NCBI GenBank assembly: GCA_964106645.2
Contig: OZ067053.1
DNA length: 64,000 nt
Strand: one strand, 5' to 3'
Source of the DNA: Podarcis pityusensis
Lineage: Eukaryota
The translations under genes were made by a program, and so were the position numbers. Positions 14,171-38,953 of the stretch are shown piece by piece (within the stretch, counting starts at the first letter, position 1; every line of letters starts with the position of its first letter). The notes under the pieces were generated by a model that was not told the origin of the DNA, did no database searches, and saw nothing but the letters and a program-made list of their open reading frames with translations.

Positions 14171-15023
14171 GATTCCTGAATTGCTGGGGGGGGGGTGTCC
14201 AGCTGCACCTTCTGCCAGACCTTTTTCCTCATTCATGATGGGGCTGTGACTCATCGCCCCTGTGTTGTAACTACAACCATTCCAAAGTTGAACTCGAGCA
14301 TACCTAACAGGTTCTGGTGCTCAGCCTGGCCTCACCCTGTGCCACATCCTCGCCGCAGGTATGCAAAGCTCAGGTGTCATCTGGGTCACTTAGAGCACAG
14401 TCTTTTGCACTCCAGAAGTCAAATCCCACTGTGGTTGTTTGATGGTAGGGCTGCTCCCTTGTGAGTATGTTTTAGGATTGCTGCCTAAGGGTACGAGTGG
14501 CTCCCCCATGTGGGAATAGCAGGTAGTAATGTTCTTTCTCATGTGCCTACGCTTTAGAGTAGGGTTTCCCAAACTTGGCTGTTTTTGGACTACAACTCCC
14601 ATCATCATCATCACTGACCACTCATCCTGCTAGCTAGGGATGACCTTCCAACAAGCCTTTTAAATAGAGATTAAGAACCCTGTTTCCATCTATATTAGAA
14701 CTGTTTTTAAGAAGTTCTCATTGTTTTATTGCTTGTCTGTTTGCCACCATGGGCTCCTTGGGGTGGAAGGGTGGGGTGTAAATTTAATTAATAATAATAA
14801 TAATTACTTAATCCATAAAAAATCACTTGTTCACATGCACTCGTATACCAGCAAAAGTCATGTATTTCCTCTAAGACAAAAAAAACCAACTTGTGTGATG
14901 CTTCTGTGCTTCCTTTTTCAGTCTAACCTACCTCACAGGATTGTTGTCAGGAGGGGCCATGTGTGCTACCTTGACCTACTTTGGGGAAGAGTGTGATAGA
15001 GCCATCATTATTAAAACAAATAA

Positions 15024-26987
<11,964 letters not shown>

Positions 26988-27049
26988 GGATCAGCTTGGC
27001 CTGCACCTACGTTGCATTGTTGAAGACCTGGGCCACATCCGACCTTCTG

Positions 27050-27112
<63 letters not shown>

Positions 27113-29365
27113 TCTGCCTGTGACCACTTGCCCCCATGTCTAGCAGCAGCAGAATCGCCCACCCCCTTATTACAGGGATGTCCAGTCACAATTTGCCCTG
27201 TGTGGAGCAGTGTGCACTTTCTCGCACACTTTCTCACACATGTGCATGCACTCACGCATGCACACACACACAGCCTATGTCTTCCTCTCCACTGCAGCAT
27301 GCTGCTGTCACCCTCGTTGTTGTACTTTGCTACTGGAAAAGAAACTGTAGTTTGCTAGGGTGAGTGTGGCTCTTAACTCTGCCATCTGTCCATCTCCTCT
27401 GCCAGCAGTTTAGCTTCTTGTAAAAGATAAGGTGATCCCACCTGCGCCAAGGAACCCCTAGGCTGCACTCCTCATGCATATAATGTATGCACTATATGTT
27501 TTTTCAAGTGCCCCCTTCCTGTGAATGCTAAGAATGTATCTCTTTTGGTGGGGAGGAGGAATCTGTGTCTTTCAGAACCCCCCCCCCAAAAAAAAATATG
27601 AGTGGGCAGAGAGAGGCTTCTTACAGTGCTCCTAAATAAGCAATGCTACGCCCTACTGTAGCAAACCTCTGAGAGAACTGTGCCTGGGCTGAATTACCTA
27701 ACAATTCAGTTTGATTTGTTTGTCCCCAGAAGAGGAAGAATTGCAGTTCCCAGGGCATCTACAGTTACCCTTTGCCATGTGAAGTCTCTCTTTTCTTTTC
27801 CCGCTATGGTCTTCTCCCCATCTCTTTGCTTTGCATTCTTGTTTCGGCCTCAGGGAATCGCTGTTCCTTTTCAAAGTCCCAACCCCCCCTTATGCACTTC
27901 TTCTCCCCCATTTTTTCTCTTCTTCTCCACCCAACCTCCCCAGTCTCTACTCTGCCTATGTACAGCAGCCTCTTAAGAATTCTTTGACTTTCCATAGCTG
28001 TTTTGCCGGGTTGGGGCTGTGTCATTTGTGCACAGAACAGCTGTTGCCAGTTTTGCCCTTTCCCTCTCCAATCCCCCTAAAATAGTTTAGGGCCAGGGGA
28101 AGAAGGCAGCTGTGGAATCTAGCTCCACAGTTTCCTGTGTCATGGATGCTGGTGCTGTCACGCTAGCAAAACTACCACCCACTCTCTTCTATCAACAAAA
28201 CTTGACCACATGGCATTTGCTGTTTCCCCTTCCTTCTGAACTGAGCAATAGCAAGGCATTGTGAAGCAGGAATGGCTGGCCTTCAGCGCTGGACGTTGCA
28301 CTTTCTGGGTCATTCTACACTGGACAACAAATTTTCCTGGAATATTTGTCTCTGTTTCTATCAGACCGATGCACGGGAGTGCAGTGTAGGGGACTTTGGA
28401 TTCCAGGCATTTCCCGTCTGCTGGGAGGAGTATGGCATTGGGAGCATGAAGATATGGGTGATGGACGGTGGAAATTAAAGTTCTTCCTTGTAATAATCCC
28501 CATAAATCAGTGCTGGAAAATATTAGCCCAACCCCTCACTCTATCGTGTGACCTTATTAAAAATCACGTTAAGACCTGTAAACACTATAAATGGAGCTGC
28601 CTTATTTCCTGGTGAAGGTTTTAAGCTGCAGCTGCAACCTGGCATGTGTGGCGGAAGAGTAAGGAATTTGAGCCATTCTCTCAGTGGCAGCCAAGCTTGC
28701 CCCCTCCATGTGACGTTGGACTTCAACCCCAACCAGCCCTGACCATTGGACTTGCTGATGGGGAATTGGGAGTCCAGCAGTGCTTGGGGGGAGATCACCA
28801 CTTCTGTTCTAAATTGACCCACCCCTCCAGGAGAGCTTTCTCCTTTGAGTCTGCTGCTATCCTAGAGTTTCTAGGCCAAGGATCTGTGTGCCTTTTAGTA
28901 GCTGTTTTAAGAGGTGAGCATTTCAGTGGTTGCAAATTCTCCATTCTGCCTCGGTCAGGAGGCAAACTCAGCTGGCATTGCTCCTTCCTGCACAGCTATT
29001 AAAAAGCATGGGTGGGGGGTCCTTGCAGTTTAAAGCTGGCGACTTTAATTTGCCTCTTCATTAGTTGCTCTCTTAGCTCAGTATTTAAGCGAGAAAATGT
29101 TATTTAAACCAACAAAAAAAGACAATAATACAACCAGGCCCTCTCACCTGACTGTATCCCTCTCTTTCAGGAAAGTACATACAAATGGGCAGGGCCCAGA
29201 GCGACTTAACATCGAGTGAGGGGGGTGGGGGTGGATAGCCTGATAGCTGCTCTGGGGTGGGATGGGCTGAGATGAAGGGAATAAATGGGATGGGGCAAAT
29301 TTTGCTCTGTATTTAATGATGTTGCTGTAGAAAACATAATAATAAAAAAATGAAAGCTCCTTACT
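26988..29365 (+). other. KLC2: KLC2 3'UTR with poly(A) signal AATAAA at 29341-29346
   Basis: TE-poor stretch after the stop; AATAAA followed by a U/C-rich downstream element, after which TEs resume. Confidence 0.65.
27053..27105. repeat. (TC)n microsatellite in the KLC2 3'UTR
   Basis: Directly visible dinucleotide run of about 26 units. Confidence 0.97.
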
Positions 29366-29420
29366 GTACCTGGTTTTCTCTTTCCTGCTTCTCTGGTAGT
29401 CAACTTTGCCCCATTCTTTC

Positions 29421-29617
29421 AGGTCACATCCACACCATACAGTTAAAGCACTATTATTCCACTTTTAAGTGTCATGGAGAATCCTTGGAACTGTAGTTTA
29501 AGTGTGCTGAGTAAGTAAGGTAGCTCTGGAAGGTCAAAACTCTTAACAAATTACTGCTCCCAGGATTCTTTGGGGGAAGAAGCCATGAGTGCTATAAACT
29601 ATGTGTGGATGTGACCT
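29421..29617. mobile_element. PIF/Harbinger-like MITE; related copies near 8410-8570, 61500-61625 and 62644-62827
   Basis: 15-bp TIR AGGTCACATCCACAC...GTGTGGATGTGACCT and an internal inverted arrangement. Superfamily assignment is tentative. Confidence 0.6.
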
Positions 29618-30531
29618 TTATCGCAATTGTAAAAGCCATCACTGTTTCACATTCCCAGCATGTTCACACTCCTGTCTCAGCAACGTCTTTGCTGACTCGG
29701 TCACGTCCACAAAATGGAAGATGGCAGGATCCCCAGGGACTTGCTCTGTGGGGAGCTGGCTTCAGCCACCAGGCCCATTAGCAGAGCCAATTGCTTCCAA
29801 AGATGTCTGCAAATGTGACACGAAGGCTGGCAACATTAGCCCTGCCATGTGGGAATCCCTTGCAGTTGACCACAGCTCCTGGAGACAGACAGGTTGTGTG
29901 TCCATAGCAGTGAGCAGAGGAGGAATGACCACTGGGAGGAGCGCAGAGAGAAGAAATACCACATTGTGCCTGCATCAGAAGAACTGGATGCCTTCATCTG
30001 CCTAACCAGCAACAAAACATGTATCTCATGTATTTCATCTCTAAAGCCACAGCAAGCACTGTAACTCTCACAACAGTTTGGCTTCACACTTGAAGGCGCT
30101 CTCTTCCATTGCTTCCCATGACAGGTGGATGCCAACAGGGAACGGCTGCCAACAAGGATCAGCTGCCCTGAGGAAGACTTAGTTGGAGGCAATTGTGTGC
30201 CTCTGAGCATCTTACAGCAAAGAAGCTGACAAAGGGGTGGGCGGAGAGATAAACTGGATGATTCTAGAGAAAAGCAAGCCATGAGTTATATCGGTTGACA
30301 ATGACTATACAACTTACTTTACTTTGGGTGTTAAAAGTCCTGTAGAAAAGTGGGATGTACTCCTAGTGGGGTGGGTTGCTGACCTAGGAGTCTTATCTGG
30401 TGCCTCCAAAGCTTTTGTAGAACACCCCCTTTCCCATTTTAAGTCCTGTTGCTATTACTGAGGCTTAATCCCAGGAGAACTATATGGAATTATGTATAGA
30501 ATTGCACCCTTTGGGCAAGGAAATGTGTGTA

Positions 30532-30743
30532 TAAGGAACTCTCAACTTATGCACATTTAACGTGTGCACATTCAGCTTTATGTGCTTGGCAATTGATAAA
30601 AAATAAAAGGAGGTGGGCATCTGGGATGGGGGGGGGACTGCAATCCCACCTGCCATTGCACCCAATATGTTTTGACTATATGCAAATTTGGCTGAATTTG
30701 CTATCCCTGGGACGTAACCCCCACATAAGTTGAGAGTTACCTG
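30532..30743. mobile_element. Tc1/mariner-like MITE
   Basis: TIR-like ends AACTCTCAACTTATG...CATAAGTTGAGAGTT, with TA flanks. Confidence 0.6.
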
Positions 30744-30753
30744 TATGTATGTG

Positions 30754-30756
<3 letters not shown>

Positions 30757-30797
<41 letters not shown>
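30757..30797. repeat. (AC)n microsatellite
   Basis: Directly visible run of about 20 units. Confidence 0.97.
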
Positions 30798-30799
<2 letters not shown>

Positions 30800-32583
30800 G
30801 TATCTCTTCTCATTCTTGTGTTCATAAGGCGGGAAATGTTCCATGACCGAGTTTGAAGCCTTGTACTCTAACAACATTGCAAGCCTATATGGCAGTAGTT
30901 CTTGATGACTAATTCTGACAGGAGAGAGAGGCTATTGTACTATTAGGTTTGTTAGTCGCTTTTCTCAAAGAATAACCCAAAGGGACTTCAAATAACTTAT
31001 TGGGAAGGGTCTGAATCAGGTAAATTCAATCTGGGTGTCAACGGACTCTTTGATTGGCTGAAGCCTCCAGTCAGTTGGGCTTTAACTGAGAGAGACCGTT
31101 GAGATTTTGGCAGTTGATGAGTCGGTGGAAATAAAGTGGTTGAGGAGGGAAATGTGAGGGAATGCGACCAGAGAACGGCTGAGGGGGGTGGGGGTGGGGA
31201 TGGATTAATAATGGAAAATTAATAATATATTAGTGATCAGTGTGTTGTTAATGCTTGGCTGGTAACGGTCTGTGGGAGTTATTGGCTGGGTGGAGGTTTA
31301 GGGGATTTGGCCTGAGGTAAATTCCACTTAGGGGCAACAGTGGAGTCTATAGAAACTGTTGTCAAGCATCTCTAACACCCCAATGTAAATATAAGTATTC
31401 CCCTATGTATACAGTATCCCTTCACTAAGCCAACAATCTTAAAAATTCATCCTGGCTCTAGGGTTGGCATCCATTTCATGCCCAAGCACCCACCTGAAGA
31501 CCTTCTTTGCTCAACAAATCTAAACTGAGAGCTTTCCCAGTTTGCATTTGTACTGGAGTTGCTTTAAATATATTTTTATTGTTTTAATGACATCTTGTTT
31601 GTCACCCTCGGCTCCTTTGGGAGGAAAGATGGGATATAATAATCATAACAATAAACACACTCTTAAGAGGTTTTGAAAACATTCTGAGTAAATTGTTGGC
31701 GGTAGAAAATTAAAAAGGAGGATAGATCAACTAAACTTGGGTTATACAATTGAGGTTGAGTGTTGGCATTCATCTCACGCCTAAGCAAACTATCCAGAAA
31801 CTTCTGAAGACCTTCTTTCAGAAAACCTTTAAAATGAGATCTTCCCCAGTCTGCATCTGACTCAGAAGATAAAATACAGGGACTTGCGTGCATTGTAGAT
31901 GGTAGATTTTTAAAAGGCATTCCTCACTTTCAGCTTGAAATGGTACAATGTTCTTTAGCACTGCCCTTTTTTAAATTCTGTTCCAGATGTGAGACGTATT
32001 TGAAAGCTGCTTTGAACTGCTGAAGGAAGAGTGGGATCTAAGTATTATTTCTTTAAAGGTGGTGCATATCCTACTGTGCTAATGAGATTTAAAAATATAT
32101 ATATAATAAAAATATGAGTGCCATCACACAGCCCCCACTAGAACATTTGTAGCGCGGCATCACAATCCTAGATTTGTGTGAAGTCAGGGCAGGTTAGCAG
32201 AGGAAAAAAGATGGCAGGTTGCACCAGAGCAGTGGTCGTAGCATGGGAGGGAGAAGGGAGGGACATAGAGGGGGAAAGTGGTTGAAAAATTTAGAGTACA
32301 GTGACAAGAGAGTTGGGAAAGGCTCTGCTGTTCTAGCTTTTTTTGGTGCTAGTTTCTCTGTTGTATCCATCTCTGCTGTTTAGTTCCTCATGTATTTCAC
32401 TCCCGGTACCATGTGTTGCTTTCAACATGAAGTCCCAGATTCAAAGTAGTAATTTTAAATAGATATCTTAACAAGTAAACACCCATATATGTGCAACATC
32501 CACCAGCTGCACTTAGCCTGTTCAGTTAGAGATTAACTGACAGGCTTCCTCTTAATATTCCATTCATCTTAAAGTGACACTGA

Positions 32584-33310
32584 TGTTATAAGAATTTAAG
32601 GTCTCAAATATATAAATTAAATGTTCATAAATTTACAAGCCAAACACATAAGAATGTAAACCATGTGTCTGAAATAGTACAGGAGAACAATCCTGAAACC
32701 ATTTTGACTCTCCCAAATTGACTTCAAATGTTTCTCTGCGAGGAGGAAGGAAATGGGAAAGCCTCTCCATTGTCTTTTGCTTACCTGTCTTTAGGGCATC
32801 TTTGTGTATGAATAGGGTGAGCCTGTGACCTGGATTCAGGAATTAAAGTATTTACCATCAGAAAAGAATGGCCGGGCTGCCCAAGTAAGCAATCACTGGC
32901 CATTGTCAAGTATCCTGGCAGACAGGATTTCTGTTGTAGACCGCCTCCTTCTGTGATGTATGTATTATGTTTTGGGGGGTGGTCTTGAGCTACAGGGTGG
33001 ACAATTTCAAAAGTCTATATAAGGGCTTGCACACCTTTGTTCGGGGTTCCTCCTCCCTCCTGCATGTGGTGAGTGAGGACCCTGTTGCAACAGTTTAATA
33101 AAGATCAGGCTTACTAACTGCTTTGCTTCTCAATATTCTCTGGTTGGCCTCTGTTATTTTCTCCTACTGATAGGGAACCCACTTATGGGGCTCTTGGATA
33201 AGGCAAAAGGAGCAGATTTTGTTTGTTATTGTTTAGTCGTGTCTGACTCTTTGTGACCCCATGGACGAAAGCACACCAGGTACTCCTGTCTTCAGATTTT
33301 GTTTACATCA
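32584..33310 (+). mobile_element. Probable ERV-like solo LTR
   Basis: TG...CA ends (TGTTATAAG...TTTACATCA), TATATAA at 33016 and AATAAA at 33097. TSD is imperfect (CTGA/CTGG) and boundaries are uncertain. Confidence 0.5.
33225..33292 (-). mobile_element. BovB/RTE LINE extreme 3' fragment
   Basis: GTTTAGTCGTGTCTGACTCTTTGTGACCCCATGGAC is the reverse complement of the BovB 3' end. Perfect 12-bp TSD CAGATTTTGTTT at 33213-33224 and 33293-33304. Confidence 0.8.
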
Positions 33311-34137
33311 CTGGTATATCTCCTCATGGGCTGTGTGAGCAGAGACGACTGTGGAACAGGAGAGAGAAAGATGCATTGGGTTGGGGGGGGTGATCTGTGT
33401 GGAAGAGAAATCAGAGAAGGAGAAGGGGGCATAGCAGTGGGGGTAAAGATGAAAGCGGGGCTGTAAAGGAGGCTGCATAAGGGGGTGATAGTTTAATCAT
33501 TGGAGAGAAGGTGAAAAGGGTGCTGTGTGGTTGCAAGGTGTGGGAGGAGGAAGATGCAGGAGGTTACCATGGGGGTGGTGTGTGTGCAAGGGAGGATTGC
33601 ACAGAAAGAGAGCCAGTAGTTATGGACTTGGGAGGTGAAGATGGGCACAAAGTGGGGCTGAAGAAGCGGCTTTTGATATGGGGTTGGGGAACTGAAAAGG
33701 GAGTTTAATAGTTGCATGCGGGTAAGGAAGAGGCAGTGCTATGCGATTGTTGGGGGGTGAGTGCGGGGATGAGTAGAGTGAGCGGGGGCACAGCCCCCAG
33801 TTATAATAAAATATATTTATTTATTTTTTTATAAGATATTTATTAAGGTTTTCAGAATATTACAAGACAAAAAAAGAAAAAAAGAAAAATACAAAATAAA
33901 AACAGTTAAAAACAATTCATTCCTTCCGTTACTTAGCCTTCATTTGCTTATTTCCAGGACCTCCTCACACCTCCCTTTTTTGTATTCCAATTCAGTTATT
34001 AGTTCAACAAATCCCTCCCCTCTTTATGTATCATCATCGTTAATCATAAAGTATTTGTAATTTTAAATTTTTACCTATTAATAAACCATTTTTTTTCATA
34101 TTCCCTTATAACATTTCGGCTAAAGACTACTTAGTTT

Positions 34138-37100
34138 CTATCCGACATCATTCTGACATTCATTAATTTTGCAATATTTCTGTAAATAGTCTTTAAACTT
34201 TTTCCAATCTTCTTCCATCGACTCTTCTCCCTGGTCTCGGATTCTGCCAGTCATTTCCGCCAATTCCATATAGTCCACCTTCATCTGCCATTCTTCCAAG
34301 GTGGGTAGATCTTGTGTCTTCCAATACTTTGCAATGAGAATTCTTGCTGCTGTAGTAGCATACATAAAAAAAGTTCTGTCCTTCTTTGGCACCAATTGGC
34401 CGACTATACCCAGGAGAAAGGCCTCTGGTTTCTTCAAGAAGGTATATTTAAATACCTTTTTCAATTCGTTATATATCATCTCCCAGAAAGCCTTGATCCT
34501 TGGGCACGTCCACCAAAGGTGAAAGAATGTACCTTCATTTTCTTTACATTTCCAACATTTATTATCGGGCAAATGGTAGATTTTTGCAAGCTTGACTGGT
34601 GTCATGTACCACCTGTATATCATTTTCATAATATTCTCTCTTAAGGCATTACATGCCGTAAATTTCACACCTGTGGTCCACAACTGTTCCCAGTCAGCAA
34701 ACATAATATTATGTCCAAGATCTTGTGCCCATTTAATCATAGCAGATTTCACCATTTCATCCTGAGTATTCCATTTCAACAGCAAGTTATACATTTTTGA
34801 CAAAATCTTAGTTTTGGGTTCTAACAGTTCTGTTTCCAATTTTGATTTTTCCACCTGGAAACCAATTTTCTTATCCAAATTGTATGCCTCCATTATCTGA
34901 TAATAATGAAGCCAGTCTCGCACTTTGTCTTTTAATTTCTCAAAACTCTGCAATTTCAGTTTGTCTCCTTCCTGTTCCAAAATTTCCCAATATTTCGGCC
35001 ATTTGGCCTCCATATTGAGCCTTTTCTGAGCCTTTGCTTCCATCGGTGACAACCACCTTGGGGTTTTGTTTTCAAGTAAGTCCTTATATCTTATCCAGAC
35101 ATTTAACAATGCTTTCCTGACAATATGGTTTTTAAATGCTTTATGTGCTTTAACCTTGTCATACCACAAATATGCATGCCACCCAAAAACATTATTAAAA
35201 CCTTCTAAGTCCAAAATGTCTGTGTTCTCAAGAAGCAGCCATTCTTTCAACCAGCAGAATGCTGCTGATTCATAATAAAGTTTAAGGTCTGGCAGGGCAA
35301 ATCCACCTCTATCCTTTGCATCAGTTAATATTTTAAATTTTATTCTGGGCTTCTTGCCCTGCCAGACAAATCTAGAAATGTCTCTCTGCCACTTCTTGAA
35401 ACAGTCCATCTTGTCCAAGATTTGCAATGATTGAAACAGAAATAACATTCTTGGCAATACATTCATCTTTATAACAGCAATTCGTCCTAACAAGGAAAGC
35501 TTCAGGTTTGACCATATCTCTAAATCCTTTTTCACTTCTGACCAACATTTCTCATAATTGTCTTTAAATAGGTTTAAATTCTTAGCAGTCATGTTAACCT
35601 CCAAGTATTTTACTTTCTTAACCAATGTTAAACCTGTCTCCTTCTGAAACCTCTCTTTCTCAATCGGTGTTAAATTTTTCTCAAGCACCTTAGTTTTTAA
35701 CTTGTTCAACTTAAATCCTGCCACATGACCAAATTCCTGAATCAATTCTAATACTCTTTTAGTACTAGATTCTGGCTCCTGTAACGTCAATACTAAATCA
35801 TCTACAGAAGCTTTCAATTTGTGCTGTTTAGCTCCGACCTGTATACCTTTAATCAGACGGTCCCTTCTGATCATATTTAGTAAAAACCTCCAGGACCGAA
35901 ATAAACAGCAATGGGGAAATTGGGCAGCCTTGTCGTGTCCCTTTCTCTATCTTAAATTCCTCTGTCACCACATTGTTAACTATTAGTTTGGCCTTTTGTT
36001 CTAAGTAAATTGCACTTATACCATTTTCAAACCCTTGACCAACCCCCATCCCCTGAAGATTTTTCTTCATGAAACTCCAAGAAATATTATCAAAGGCTTT
36101 CTCCGCATCTACAAAAATTAAAACAGCTTTAGTATTAATATTCACTTGTAGCATCTCCAAAATGTTGATTATATTCCTCGTATTGTCAGACAAGTGTCTA
36201 CCAGGGAGAAAGCCAGCTTGGTCTTTATGTATCTCCTCCACTAATACTTTTTTTAACCTTTTAGCCAAAATATCTGCAAAAATTTTATAATCCACATTAA
36301 GCAGGGATATGGGGCGGTAGTTCTTAAGTTGTGTCTTTTCAGACTCATTTTTCGGTATTAGAGTAATATAAGCTTCCTTCCACGACTCTGGCGCTTTTCC
36401 CCCCTCCAAAATTTCATTGCAAACCTCCTTTAATGGTTGTATTATCCAATCCTTCAAGGACCTATAATATTTCGAGGTTAAACCATCTGGCCCTGGAGAT
36501 TTGCCCAACTGCATGTTCTGAATGGCACCTTCCACCTCCTGTTCTGTTATTTTGTAGTTCAACATTAACTTATTTTCTTGGGAGATTTTTTGAAGTCCAT
36601 TTGTTTTTAAAAATTTGTCTAAATCACACTCTTTCTGTGGCCGTTGTGTATATAGCTGTTTAAAGTACCTCTGGAAGCATTTTCTAATTTCCACTGGATT
36701 CTGGATGTTCTTTCCTTCCACTTCCAAGTTGGTAATGGTGTTAAGTTTTTGTCTTTTTTTCATTTGCCAAGCTAACAGTTTTCCACATTTATTAGCCGAT
36801 TCAAATGTCCTTTGTTTCATCTGTTTAATTTTCCATTCTATTTCCTGATTCATCATCTTCATATATTGAACTTGATATAACTTTATTTCTCTCAGAATCT
36901 CTTGTGATTTTGGTTTCGCTCTCAGTTTCTTCTCCCCCTCTTTTATTTTTTCCAAAATTTTATCTTTTTTCTCATTTTGAGTTCTCTTCTTTATTGCATT
37001 CTGTTGAATTAGAAACCCTCTCATAACTGCTTTACTTGCGTCCAGATTACTCTTTTTTCAATGGTGGTGTTCATATTTATCTCAAAGTAATCTCTCAAGG

Positions 37101-37886
37101 TTTTTTGGGCCTTCTTGGTAATTTCTTGATCTCTAAACAAGGTGTCATTCATCCTCCATCTGAAGGAGCCGATAGGTGTTAATTTCATCTCCATTTTCAC
37201 AGCATTATGGTCGGAGCAGGTTTTAGGGCAAATTTCCACTTTTCGAGTCTTAGGTGCCAGTCCTCTAGTAATCCAGATTTGGTCAATTCTTGTCCATGTC
37301 ATTTTGGCTTCAGAGAAGAAGGTTCCCTCCCTAGCCAAGGGATTCTTTATTCTCCAAATGTCAATCAAATCCATATTGTCAGTCATCTCAAAAAAAGTTT
37401 TTGGTAGTCTACCATCTTTGGTAACTACCTGTCTCTGCGACTTGTCCATGTTTGTGGATACCACTCCATTCATATCTCCCATCATGATAATGTTGTAATC
37501 CATATGGTCTAACAATGTCTCATGCAACTTCTTAAAAAATTCAGATTTCCCCTCATTTGGTGCATATACTCCTACTATCAGAAATTTTTCTCCTTGTGTT
37601 TGAATTTCAATTGCCACATATCTTCCTTGATCATCTTTAAAAATAAATTTCAGTGATAGGCTCTCTTTCGCGTAAATTACAACTCCTCTCTTTTAACGTT
37701 GTCCGATGAAATAAACTCCTGGCCTAATCTTTTATTAATCAATACTTTCCTATGGAGCCTTATCACATGTGTTTCCTGCAAACAAATCAAGTCCAATTGT
37801 TCCTTTTTCAATAAATGAAAGACTTTTTTCCTTTTCTCCGGGGAATTAAATCCATGAATATTCCAACTTAATAGTTGCAGAGACAT
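34138..37886 (-). pseudogene. L1 ORF2 (APE endonuclease, reverse transcriptase, CCHC), frameshifted
   Basis: Motifs SWNIHGFN, ICLQETH, GDMNG, RIDQIW and SDHN (EN); KSPGPDG, NYRPISLLNVDYKI, VDAEKAFD and GTRQGCPISPLLF (RT); CWKC-x8-H-x4-C. Single-base frameshifts near 37692, 37043 and 35883; catalytic FADD reads SVDD. Confidence 0.93.
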
Positions 37887-37893
37887 GGTGTAT

Positions 37894-38953
37894 TTATTTT
37901 ACTTTTCCTCCAACTGCACCAAGTAATTGTTCTTGTTCTGTTGGTGGTATCACCTTCTCTAACTTGTCCAATCCCAAAGGTAGTGATACTATGTCCTGTA
38001 TTCCTGGTTTTAAAGCTCTTGGCTCTTTTTCAGTTTCTTTTTGCAAATCTTCTTCGTGATCTTTCAGAAATTTTTCTTTATCTTCCACTGATCTTATTTT
38101 GAACTTTTTCCCTTTAAAAGTAAAAGATAGGCCTTGAAGGAATTCCCACCTAAAAATGGTTCTATTTGCTCTTAGCAGGGCCACCAAGTCTCCGTAGTTG
38201 GACCTGAGATCCAAAAGATGTTTAGGGATATCCTTAAATATCTCCACTCTTGATTCCTTTATTTCCAAGGTCTTCTGGAAGTGCAGGCTCAATATTCTGT
38301 CTCTCTCCTCTCTTGATCGGAGGGTAATCAAACAGTCTCTCACCCTGTTCTTTCTCCCCCCCTCTTCCAAGTCTGAAAGCACTTACTATCTTGAAGTCTA
38401 ACTTGTCTGGGTCTAAGTCCCAAAAGTCTGTAAATTCCTGCATAAGAAAATCACTCAAGTTGTCTTTCTCAAGTTCAGGTACCGCCCTGATCCTTAGATT
38501 TATCTGTTTTTCTTTTAATTCGATCATAGACAGTAATGACTTATGATCCTCCAACTGCCTACATATCGGTGGTATCTTTTCCTCTATCTTTTCCTCCACA
38601 GTCAATGCTTTTTGCTTAGCTTCTTCAGCTGTTTTTCGATTCGAGGTAGATTCCTGCAGCAGTTTCTCAATAGATTCTGTGTTTGAGTTCACCTTCTGCC
38701 CCAAGTTATTGATGCTTGTGGTGTTTTGATCAATTTTAGTTGTCGCTTCAGCCACTTGTTTGCTCAACTTTTCCAAAGATTCAAAAATTTTATCTAAAGC
38801 TGAAGCTAAGCCCCCTTCAGCTGCCATTCCTTTAGACGCCACCTGGGCTGAATCTTCCCCTGGTGGGGCAGGGAGGCCGGGTGCTGACGGTCTACGCTGC
38901 TGCAGTCCAATTTTAACAGATCTTGTTGTTTTTTCCTGAGTCAAGTCTGCCAT
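37894..38953 (-). pseudogene. L1 ORF1 (coiled coil, RRM, CTD), one frameshift
   Basis: MADLTQEK... heptad region, KQINLRIRAVPE (RRM start) and VEIFKDIP. The two ORF pieces join across the C7 run at 38356-38362. Confidence 0.88.

Noticed and set aside
30880-31440. Repeat-like GT-rich segment
   Set aside because: No termini, TSD or coding motif could be identified, so it was left unannotated.
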